A stretch of 64,000 nucleotides of DNA, from the NCBI RefSeq assembly GCF_000143415.4, contig NW_003314286.1:1-64000 (forward strand). Reading direction: 5' to 3'. A program made the translations under genes and the position numbers. This DNA comes from Selaginella moellendorffii (Eukaryota > Plantae > Lycopodiophyta). Shown one piece after another: positions 12,701-23,720 of this stretch (its first letter is position 1; each line of letters begins with the position of its first letter). The notes under the pieces were generated by a model. It saw only the letters and a program-made list of their open reading frames with translations, ran no database searches and was not told the DNA's origin.

Positions 12701-15700
12701 GAGAAACCTTGCTCTTAGGGGGTTCATCTATCTTGGATTCCTCCCTGACCTTGGAAACTAAAGTGCAGGGAGTGCCTTTTGCCTCTTGCATCATGGCGAT
12801 TGCCTAATGGGATAACCTGTTTGCCCAAAAGTTTTCTTCACGAGGGACACTTTGAAAAGTCACCTGAGAGAACTCATCCATCAGGTTGACCGCCCGCTAC
12901 CATAGCTCTTTCAAGTTCTCTTTGCGGACTTGGTATTTTCCAGTAAGTTGGCGTATGATGAGTTGCGCATCTCCAATGAAAGTGACTCGCCTAAACTTGA
13001 GATCTGTGGCCAACTTCATGGCACTAATAGCCGCCAAGTACTCTACTTCATTAGTTGATGTTGCTGGCAAAGTGATAGAGAGGTCGGCTACTTTGTTCTC
13101 CGTAGAATCAATCATCCAAACTCCAATGCCGGCAACTTGGTTTTTGGGGCAAAAAGCACTATCGAAATAAACTGTAATCATAGGAGTGTCCTCTTCTTCA
13201 AATAAAGATGCTGGGGACACCACATCCAGCAAGACTGACTCTGGCAAGTTAGGCAAGACCGTTGCTGTTGGATCCGGAGTCTTTGTCTGTTGGTCTCTTT
13301 GCTTCTGATGCTCTGAGCACTCGATGTCCAATGCAAGGACTGTAGCCAGGTACTCTGCAAGTGAAGGAAGATCCTCCACCAAAGTCCAGTCCAAGTCTGG
13401 TGCTAAAGTTTCAGTGTAATACCCTTGGATCTGTACCGGAGGCTCCATGGTAGGAAATTCTGAACTCAAAGAGCTATAACATGCATGCAGCACGTCTGAT
13501 TGGCTTGATTCTTTTTGCCAGTCGTGTGTCTCAATGTCATCTTCCGTCTCCAAGAAACATCATGACAAAATACACTTGGAGTCATCAGCTACCGCGATTT
13601 TAGTAGGAAGATGCTGGCTGTGTGACACCTCAAATAGTTGCTAAAGAGAATGGAGTTCAGCTGTGTCCTGTGAAAGATGGGCCTGGTTTGGAGCAATTGT
13701 GTCATCTAGCTCCATAAGAGAAAGTCAGTCCCATGCAAGAAACAAGTCGAGAAGCCCTTCCTCTATCGAGAAACACTCCGGAAAGCTAGATGTAGTAGCC
13801 CGTACTCTATAAGCCCTGCCATCAAATAAAGAGGGCGTGGCTAAAGGCTCGGCCTTATTCTCAAATAAATAGAGTGAAGCTGAGAGATGTCTCAGGCTAT
13901 CAGACTCACCTCCAACCATGTCAATTGCATTGCATGAGAAAGCATCCGTCATATAGATGGTTGACTCCACCGCCAACTCAAGAAAAACCTCTGTGAGTTC
14001 AGGAAGAAAGTGTGGTGTGGAGGCCATCTTAGTCTGAGCCTGCTGGGCTTGCCGGGAAAGAGCTCTGCTGTGGTTGTTAAGAAAGGTGGCGCTATGAGTT
14101 GCATTGCTGATTTCCATCTTGCCTTTTGCGTTGTCAATGGTGCAATGGGCTGTGACTTGCCATGAGTGGCCAAGGATGATAGAGTCCTTCAAAGAGGGCA
14201 TTCCAAGACGTTGGTAGTCAACCACGAGGAAATCCACCTCAAAAATAACACCTTGCACAGAGACCTTGACACCAGAGCAAATGCCCGCTGGAGGAACAGT
14301 ATGGTTTGCGAACATCTTGAGCATGATGGAGGAGCTCTCAGTGATCTGTAGATGTGCTGAAAGGGCAGCTTCGAGAGAGATAATGTTGCTTCCAGAACCA
14401 GAGTCAACCAAAGCATCCATCCTATAAGAGGAAGTACCGTTCTACACCGGAAGGAAGAATGGACTAGGATCACCACCATATCTTGTCATGTCGACAATGT
14501 GCACCTCTTGAGGAGCCCTCTTGAGAGTGCTTTCTAGTGTTCCTGACCGTGCAAACTCCTATAAACACTGGCCAAATCCCGGGACAAGACACAACATGTC
14601 TCGGAGTGAAAAGGTGACGGGAGTGTCAACCAGCTGTTGAAAAATCGGTTCCAGAACAGGAATAGCTGTTGGTGAGATCTCAGGAGGAGAAGAGAGTAGT
14701 GACTTGAATGGGAGCTTACAAGCCACCCTCTATGTTACTGGATCTGGGGCTGACACAGATTCACTCTCAACCGGCACCAAGGGATCGATGCCGGGCTGAG
14801 CTTCTTCGCTTGGGCTCGAGTGGCTGCAGTTTGCTGCTGTTGCCTATAGAGTTCCTCGGCTACCAAAATTGTGTTGACCAATGAGGCTGGTGCCTTGCCT
14901 TTGCTTGATGAAGGGGCTGCCTCAATTGCTTGTCGCTCCAACTACTCCTGATACATCTCTAGACCCCGAGACGATGTGGAATTATTAGCGAAGGGATGTT
15001 GTTGGACATGTTGAGAAGATGAAGGCTGAAGCTCTGGGTGAAGCTTGAAGCAGCGCTGTGTGTTGTGTGTGTTTGTCTCGCAGTGAGTGCACCAACGAGA
15101 TTTAAATCTGCATTCCCGAGCTGTAGCGACCTCTTTCCTGGACTCCACCAGCTCTTGGAGCAGTTTGTCATGGTGTGATTGTTGCTGAAGAATGATCTCG
15201 TTCAGTTGCCGCATCTCGTTGGCAAAGTTCTCAAGAGCCAGAGGTGTATGCTCAATAGGGACGGGCTTTGGTGTGGATGGGTGAACATTTGCACAAGGTG
15301 ACTTTGATGGGATGATGGCTTGGTCGAAATCAACTCTAGCAATCCCCAGGTCAACCAAAAGCTCTCTTTCCAGCTTTGTGGCAAACAAAAATGCCTTGTG
15401 GCAAGAGCTGAATGTCTTCTTAAGAAGTTTTCGCTGCAAGTTCCCACGCAAACCCGCTGTGAATGCCATGATCCCCTGTTGCTCATCTTGGACCACTCTA
15501 TGATCCCAACACTGCTTTCAGTAAGCTCAAAACCATGTGATGTAATCAGGAACAGACTCGTGAGCACTCTGCTGGAACGAAAAGAGGTCAACAAGTAGCC
15601 GATTTGTGGGTTTTTCCTTAACAAAGTGTTCTCTGAAAGAAGCAAGTAGTGTCTAGAAGTCTGTTCGGTCCTCTGGGAGGAGAGAATTTGTCCAAGTTGC

Positions 15701-17375
15701 TGCTTTGCCTTCAAGAGGCTGCAAGAAGTCGCGGCATATACGATCATCGTCGATGATCATGTTTGTGGTGCAGTAGTAATCAAAGTGACTGATATGCGAT
15801 GTTGGAGAGACTGTTCCAACACCTGAGAAGGTCGGAAGATCACTCCCCTTTTGCAAAACGTGAAGCTGAGGTCGAGCTAAAGGTGGCTGCGCCATAGCTT
15901 ATAGATCTAAGTCACTAGAATCTGCCGAGGATGAAGAGGACTCGGCCCGAGAAGGTGCTGTGTTGTACCTAAGCTGCCTTTGGATGTTAGAAAGTTTACT
16001 CCGTACCTTAGGGCCTTGAGGTATGGTAAAAGGGTGCCAATTTTATCGCACGTCTAGTTTGTACCGGCATCAAATACCCTGAACACTGCAAATGCCCAGT
16101 CACGGCAACTGGGTTGACAGGAGGAAGAAGACTATAGGCTAGTGTTCAAGTTGCTCAAAGTTGCCGAAAATGCTTGTGACAAAGAGGAATAAGGGTGATA
16201 ACCTCAAGCACACGTAACTATTGACCTCTAGGGTAACCGCTGGAGTAGCCAGTAACCAGTAACCAGTAACCAGTAACTAGTTACTAGTAACCAGTAACTG
16301 GGGACCTGTAACCTATAATCAGTAACCCTGTTCTCGCTCCTACTCCTGTGCCTGCTCCAACACCAACTCCTATCCCTGTTCCTATGCGAACTCTTGTTCC
16401 TACTCCTATTCCTGTTCCTACAGTTACTTGTTCCCTGAAGATTGCTTTGTTCCCAAGGAACCCCCAACAAAGTTTAACCCAAAAGAGAAAAATGAGTCCT
16501 TTGGCCTCAATCCTTCACCATTTTGATTGTTGGTGGGCTCATTGGAAAGGGCTCAGCCTTTTCTACCCTCTATCACAGGAATTTGGGAAGAAGTCACCTC
16601 AATATTCCCCCGAAATCCATGAAGAGTTAGCCCAAAACGCCAACATTGTGGAAAAACATGTGCATGTCCGTGATGTAGATCGATACTAAGGCGCCGTTGG
16701 TATTTCTGGAAAGCCTAGGACCAGGAGCACCTCTAGAAACAAATGGCATCCAAAACAAAGCCCGAAGGAGCACGAATTTCTGCTACAAAGATGACCCAAT
16801 CTAGCTGGAGAAGAAAATCCTTTTGCATGTCGTCAATTTGCCCAAATCTAGTGCCAAGAATCACCACTACTCGTGGATCTAGGCCAGATTTACAAGTCCA
16901 AATGCACTACCTTGAGAAATTGGGCCGAGGATCCAGGCCAAAAAGTGAAAACCCCAAAATGCTCATTCGACCGAGCCAAGAAACATTGTATCTCCTCAAA
17001 TACTGCACGACTTGATGAGCGCCATACCTTGCTGGAAAGAGGAGCTCTAGACCTATCCAACACAGCCAAGATCAAACAAAACCATTACAAGATGAATAAG
17101 GAATTCTTTCCCAAAGTCTGCGGCCAAAAGAAAAAGAGAAAAATGACGCTTCAGAAAGTGTTGCACGTTACGCCGGGTTCACCATTTGTTGGGGAAAGGA
17201 GGGGCGCCTCCCCCAACGCTCGCTCAAACACGAGAAATGCTTCACAGCTCTTTGCAAAATGCCCCTTCTCTTGCCCTTGTGAGGCAAGGGTTTTATACAA
17301 GGAAGATAGGGAATATTTTGAGGACCAGAATATTCCTTCTTTCTCTCTCACTCTCCCAGTGGCCACGCCCTAATA
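9772..17375 (-). mobile_element. Family A Tat-like Ty3/gypsy copy A1: 5' LTR, gag, PR, extra RNase H, RT start; interrupted by a LINE and 3'-truncated
   Basis: Terminus T(G>A)TTAGGGCGTGG at 17375; gag from 15895; PR ALVDSGS at about 14410; RNase H YFDSA...TNEVEYLA...GDAQLII...ENFWANRLS at 13180-12810; RT ...EWVANLVPTCKANGK continues at 9772-9858. Confidence 0.9.
9859..12430 (+). mobile_element. 5'-truncated L1-type LINE (ORF2: end of RT, zf-RVT), with 17-bp TSD
   Basis: Starts at SVRQGCPLAPYLF, then FADD, KINWHKS, RYLG, GGLNI, CKTC...H...C and IWKAR. CAAAGGGTAAATAAAGC occurs at 9842-9858 and 12431-12447. Confidence 0.93.
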
Positions 17376-20300
17376 GCACTACCTACTTGGATACTTGGCA
17401 TAGCTCATCGGAACCTCACTCTATGCCTATGGCTAGAGCACCCAAAGGTGGAAGGTGGGGAGAGTACCCATGAGGATCGTGTAGGGCTATAGTGTTCTAA
17501 AAGTCCCAGACTGTGGAAAGGAAGAGGAGCAATCATCTAGTGTAATGACTAAAGATACAATTACATGGCGAGGAAGTCCTAGAGGACAGTGGAACTTAGT
17601 GGTTGGGCCTACAAACCTTGATCCAATGGTAGTGTTGGCAAACAAGGCCATGGATAAAAAGGGGCTTGGTGGGGATTGTAAAAGGGGTATTGAGGAAGAT
17701 TGTTCCCCATGCCTACTGCCATCCTAAGGATGCTAAAGAGTGGATTTGGGATGACTACTCATGGATGGATGGCCCAATCTTAGAGAGACGGGACTATGAT
17801 GTAGGTGGTATTGGACCACCAATGTAGCAAAGGTGAATGGGCATGGCCTTAGTGTAACGGGCTGATATATCAATGGTACCTTTGGGTGTTGGTTATGGGA
17901 TTGGACACGTGGAGCACTTGGACCAAGTGCAAAGGTTGAGTGGTAGGGATGCTATTCTCAAGGCTAGCCAGCCCCAAGTCCGGAGAAAGACTTATGGAGG
18001 TTGTGAGTGAGACTCCTCCAGGTGGTCGAAGGTGTGGTTAAGTGACTAAAGTAAAATGGAAAATTTAATCGCTTACAATTTGGTATTGGAGCTATTCCTT
18101 AGTTTGACTCTTATTAGTGCTCAAGTATATTACCACTAGTGTTGGCATCGAAAGGTACTAGGAGTGGGCCTATTCTTGGGGAGTAGTAGATTAAGAAGAC
18201 ATGGCTCTACATTACAGTTCATGTGTGAACTTGTAGGTGATGTGGTAGATAGAAAAGGGCCAATAATGGAATGACTTTGGGATCTTGGGAACAGTATAAA
18301 GTTTTCCTCAGAAAGTTGAGGATGTGATCTAGATGAACATTTGACTTAGCAAACTGGCTATTGTAATTGCAGTAAGCAACTATAGTTGGGATCATAGGAA
18401 AGGTAGAGACTCCAAAACAATAAAGGAGTCACAAGATTATCTTCATATAATTGAGGCTGGTGCTTATGAATTTGAGATAGAAATTAATGATCGTGAGAGG
18501 TCAAATATGGATAAGGACACAAGTCTTTGAAATGGTAGCCAAGATTACCTTTAATAAATGCTGGAACAAACACAAAGAGTTAAGGGTGTACTTAGAGGAT
18601 GAGTCAGTATTCTTATCATATAGACGGATAGTCCTAAGAGGCAAAGGTAGCCCACAAGGAACGGGAAATAATCAAGTGTTAAAATAACATTTGCAAAGAT
18701 GGTCCTTATAAGTAGGACGTGAATACAAGATGTTGTATTCCAGTGAGTTGGCACCTCAAAGGTAGGACCTTATAGGTCATCAGATTAGTAAAGTCCAAAA
18801 AAGCTAGATAACTCAAGTAGAGTCAAGGAATGGTCCTAAGGGATTGGTAAAAACATTTGGACTAAAGTGTGTTGTGCCCCACGAAGGATGGGGAGGATTA
18901 TAAAATCCAAGTATGGGAAGAGTGGGTGTCTTATTGATGGCAAAATGTGCTATACTAAAGTTGTGGGAAAGGTGTTCCCAGAAGACAATTACTTTGACAC
19001 AAAATTGTGTGTAAACTCTATAGTGCAGTGCTAATGGATAGTTGGCATTATTGGTCTTGGCAAAGATCTAAACACAAGTAAGAAGTGTCATAAAGATGGG
19101 CTCGTAGAGTCGATGGTGTGGAGACATCGATTGCGCCAAGGCGTAATGCTTTGAGGTCAAGTTGGCGGGTTTATGAGAACCCCTTCCCAAAGGAATCCTA
19201 ATAAAAATGGGAATGGCATAGCCTAAGTTGAAAGGCATACAATTAGAGTGTGGTGACCCAAATAATAATGAAGGTGTGGAAGCACTAGCAATGAATTGTA
19301 GGACTTGACAACTATGAGGCAACTAAGTAAAAGGTGCAAAACAGTTGATTAAACTGGTAAAAGGTAACTACCCAACACTTCTTATTGAGATAAAAAAGTT
19401 AGATATACCCTTATGGGGGATAAATTGTTTATATTGCGATATAATTAATCAATGTCATAAAGGGAATACTCATTGTTAAAGAAGGCCATCATTAGGACAC
19501 CCAAACATTCTAAAACACTAAGAAATGATGTTTAGTGTCATGAGGGCATTAGTTAAGGCCCAAGAGACTAAGTCCCTAGTGAATGATGGATAGAACATAT
19601 TATCCAAATGTCCAAGGTTGTGGAGATGGGAGAAGTCTGTCTATCCAAATTGGACAAAGCCAAAAAAGAATTTTGGCAAGGCTAGTAATGGGTATATAAA
19701 GGCCTATAAATAGCAATGTTAATTCTGGTGTGTGGGATTATAAAGTGAGCGTACCCAGATTGAGGAACCATTCCCTAGGCTATTGAGTAGTTTCATCCCT
19801 AAGAATATTTGTTAAGGCATGGTAGAAAGTGCAAAGCTATCCTCCTAGGTTAAAGGAAATAACCGAAGAAAATGTGTGAAGCCAAAAAACAAATAATAAA
19901 GGGATAGAACCAAACCATAGGAATCGAAGGGTATAACCAAGGGTGCTTATGCAAATTGAGAGCGGAGAATCAAGTAGGTGCTCAAACATGTTATTACTAA
20001 CAATCGTGATGCCATAGAGAGTCTAAAATATGAAATTATCCATATTAGACTATATGGTAATTAAAAAGCTTACGAAAGGAGAGGCCTTAGCAAGCTAAAG
20101 GATAGAGTTCCTTCAAAGTTCCCAAAAATAATTTTAGGTAGTTTAGCACTTAGAAAGCCAAGTGTAAATAATTTATAGAACATGTGAAATCATAGTGGTG
20201 AAACAGAAGTGTGGTCTTGAAGCTTGCCATGAGGCAAGGCTATCAAGGTTGGGGAAGTAGTTCCCGAGTGTTCAAAGGGATGGCTTTGAATAAAAGTTGA

Positions 20301-20447
20301 TGGTCAAGGACTTTCACGCTTATGCATGAAACTATATTATGTTAGTCGAATGACTTGCTAAGTGAGATTGGCAAGTCAGGGGAACAAATACCCTAGTTGA
20401 AGGTGCTAACTTCAAAAGGGGTGGCCCATGGGGCCAAACATGGAGGA
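17376..20447 (+). mobile_element. Family C copy 1: partial LTR, Met-type PBS and ORF-less internal region (LARD-like)
   Basis: LTR part matches 25408-26120 and ends GCTTACA at 18077; PBS TGGTATTGGAGC 18081-18092; 18450-19750 matches 26121-27555. Confidence 0.75.
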
Positions 20448-22187
20448 TGCAAGCCACAAAATTTTCCTTTCCAATTTGCTAGTTTACCTCGTCTATTCAA
20501 TCAACACTGCCTTGGCTTTTGCTAAGTTCCCTCACCAAGGTTCCCGCCTATGGTACCAGCTTCTATTTGGTCCTACTTGGTTTCAGCTACTCACTACACC
20601 AGCAACGGAGCATTAGCCATCCATCCACAGATTCCCAAATCTCTCCCAATCCCCCTCCCCGGGTTAGACTAGACTTAAGGTTTGGCTACACTCCCCGCAG
20701 GCACAAGCAGCCAAGCACACCAAGCCTCCATGTTCCTAGCATCCCTTGGTACCACAAGACTTGATCATGGGACCCTCTAAATCCCAAGTCTTGGGTGCAA
20801 CATATGCTTCGGGATGCTAGGGCAAAACACTGTGGCCTAACGGCCTGGTATGGTTACCTTTACCCCCCCGCTTCCATCCCGAAGGGAAGGCCCAAACCCC
20901 TAGGAAGGGCGAGGACCAATGAGCCGCAAGGTACTCAAGTGGGTCACCACTCCACATGAGCTGGGAGCACCGCAGTTGGTTTCCCTTTCGAGAGTGGGAG
21001 CTGCTCTTGAGCACTTCCTTGGGTGGCCCCTCTGGCACCACTTGAGTTTATGCTCACTCCCACCCAAGGCCCCTCGGCCCCAATCTCAACCTCAAGTCAG
21101 TTTGGAAGCACCACTGGAGAGTTCTTTCAAGATTGGTTCCTGGACCTCACTATCCCTACTATACTTTTGGAACCCCCTGCAGCCCCCCCCGGGAGAGGCA
21201 CGCTTTGGGCTTTCACCCCTTGACCTGTATTTATACTCGGAATTGGTCTCAAACTCAATCTCAGAATCGATCTCGGATCCGACTTTGGACTCGGTCTTGA
21301 ACTTGATCTCAGACTTGGTCCCATCCAATGAACTCTTTGTTATTTCGGTCATGCTTTCAGGGATCCTTTGGCCTACGACACCTTAGGGAGTTGGTTCCTT
21401 ACAACTCCACCACCCATAGAAGAAGTTCGATGCCCACATCGAACGTCTCTTTTTATCCTACGACTTGTTGACCATGTCTCTGGGGGCATCCCCCCACTTA
21501 GCGGTGTGCCTAAATTAGCCTCCCCAGCCAAGAGCCCATGACAACGGAATATAGGTGTCCTTATACCCCTTACCCCACCACGCCCTAGTATGGGGTTGGG
21601 ACTTGAACCCAACCTTGCTTTAATAGGGGGTTGGGACTCAAGCCCAACCTCTGTAGAATACATCTATGGATTCAACATCCCCGTGGGGAGTTGGGTGTAG
21701 TTCTTTATGCTTGGTCGACCTAGTTAACCCATGCTAATTAGCTTACCTTCGGCACGCCTTCAGGTCCCAACATATGCCATTGCTCAACTTCACAAATGGA
21801 TACTTTTAATTGAACTTTACATAAGTACATAGAGTTTTGCCTTGCAGAAATTCTTCCACTAGATCTCGCATGTTCCCTAGGTTCTCCTCCGGTTCCCATG
21901 TTGCTTCATAGTGTGGAAATCCTTTCCACTTCACATGGAACTCTCTCACCTCGTGTCCTCGTCGCTTGCTCTTGCGTGCATTGAGGATGGCCTCCACTTC
22001 GTATTCCTCTTCCTCTTGGATAACCTCAAGTAAAGGTCTTACTTGGTCCTTGCAAAGCAGATCCTCAAAGTACGGCTTGAGTAGGTTCACATGGAACACT
22101 GGGTGCATCTTCCCCATCTCTCGAGGAAGTTGGAGGCGGTAAACCACTTTACCAATTCGTGCCTCAATCTCGTAAGGCCCCGAGAAC

Positions 22188-22238
22188 TTGCTTAAAGAAC
22201 TCAAGATTAGTTCATTTCCAAGAATACATGCATCTTAC
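22188..22238 (-). other. Putative spliceosomal intron 2 in B1 integrase (51 nt, acceptor mutated AG>AA)
   Basis: AG|gtaaga...ctaat...ttaagcaa|G; removal restores KLTQRFSGPY. Confidence 0.75.
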
Positions 22239-22654
22239 CTTTGGGTCAACTTCCGGTTGATCCCACTTGGTAGCCTTAGGTTCTTGGTGTTCAGCCACAC
22301 CTTCTCCCCAGGTTAGAACTCTACGTCCCGGCACTTCTGGTTTGCATATTTGGTTTGCCTTTGTTGAGCTCGTTCTAAGGAATCCCTCACTAAATTCCAA
22401 ATGTTGAGTCTTTCCACCGTGAATGCCTCCACTGCAGGTAACTCTCCATGATACTCGGCCACGCTGAGTTTGACAGGACCTTCAATAGCTCGCCCATTGA
22501 TGACTTCCCATGGACTCACCTCAATACTTGAGTGTGGTGAGTTGTTATAGCATTTCCGCAAGTCCCAAATGATTTACCCAATCAGTCTAGTCTTCGGAGA
22601 CATAGCATCACAAATAATCCTCCAGCTGCTTATTCACCCTTTCCGTTTGTCCAT

Positions 22655-22701
22655 CTGTCAAGAAGTGTTAGTGCTATTCAACTTGACTTAATACCTAATA
22701 C
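22655..22701 (-). other. Putative spliceosomal intron 1 in B1 integrase (47 nt)
   Basis: gtatta...cactaac...ttcttgacag; removal restores HPQT(N)GQTERVN; the insert carries an in-frame TAA. Confidence 0.82.
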
Positions 22702-23720
22702 TTGTCTGTGGGTGATAGGCTATGCTGAATTTCAACTTGGTGCGATACTGTTTTAGGAGAGTTCTCCAGAACCTACTAGTGAAGATCCTATCTCGATCTG
22801 AGATGATCTCCTCTGACCTTCCCCGCACTTGAACCACTTGTTCGAAGAATAGCTTTGCCACACTTTCTGCATCCACTTCCGTTGTGGTGGATATGAAATG
22901 TGCCATCTTCGAAAATCGGTCCACCACCACGAATATCGCATCAAACCCCTCACTTGGGGGGAGTCCCGTGATGAAGTCCATCGTAAAGACATTTCTATGG
23001 ACGATCTAGAATTGGGATGCTTTGTAACAAGCCCCCACTAGCCTTAGTCACAGCTTTGACCTGCTGATATGTTAGACATGTCTTTACATAGTCTTGGACA
23101 TCCTTAGCCATATCTGGCCAGTGGTACTTCCTCTTGAGTAAGCCCATCGTTTTGGGCATTCTGCCGTGTCCCGCAAGAGGTCCGTCATGACACTCTTCTA
23201 AGGCTACCTTCCTTAATTCCCCTTCTGGAACATACACCCTTGTTTGCTTGTAATAAATGAGTCCGTTGCGTTTCGTATAGCCTGTTTTCTCTTCCATTGG
23301 TAGTTCACCTCTTTAGTGAGCTTCCCGTGCCTTTAGATTCCTTAGCAACACTTCTTGTGCTAGACCATCGTTCTCATATGTTATTCGCACATCATCTCAA
23401 AAGGTTGCTGTCGCGCTGGATATCGCCAACTTCAAGCTTGCTTTTCGACTTAGCGCATCCGCCACGATGTTTATCTTCCCAGGCTTGTACAAAATCTCAC
23501 AATCAAACTCGACCAAAGCATTGGCCCACCGACCTTGTTTCCCTCTCAGGTTGGGTTGTGACAAGAAGTGTTTCATTTCCACATTGTCCGTGTAAACCTT
23601 GAAGTGTCTCCCAAGGTAGTGTCGCCACTCCTTGAGGGCCTTGACCACTGCAAGCAATTCCTTCTCATGGGCAGGCCACTTCTGTTGAGCCTTGTCCAAC
23701 TTCTTTGAGAAGAATGCTAT

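Larger units (their letters stand above)
20448..23720 (-). mobile_element. Family B chromovirus copy B1: RH, intron-containing INT, chromodomain, PPT and complete 3' LTR (20448-21403)
   Basis: LTR TGTAAGG...GGCTT(A>G)CA of 956 bp; PPT gggtggtggagt next to 21403; chromodomain EYEVEAIL...VKWKGF...TWEP; INT HHCC, MDFITGLP, SDRD; cut by the family C LTR at 23721. Confidence 0.9.

Noticed and set aside
16245-16330. (GGTTACT)n as an interstitial telomere
   Set aside because: Differs from TTTAGGG and is a fixed part of family A.
16873-17373. Antisense ORF recurring in family A terminal regions (also 42815 and 59211)
   Set aside because: No recognisable domain; starts, stops and frames differ between copies, so recurrence is explained by DNA homology.
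21700-21841. Further introns after the B chromodomain (a GC-starting stretch of about 61 nt, and gtaagct...ctag)
   Set aside because: The first lacks an AG acceptor in both copies and the second is only 26-27 nt; no known motif is restored. Worth rechecking on a family consensus.
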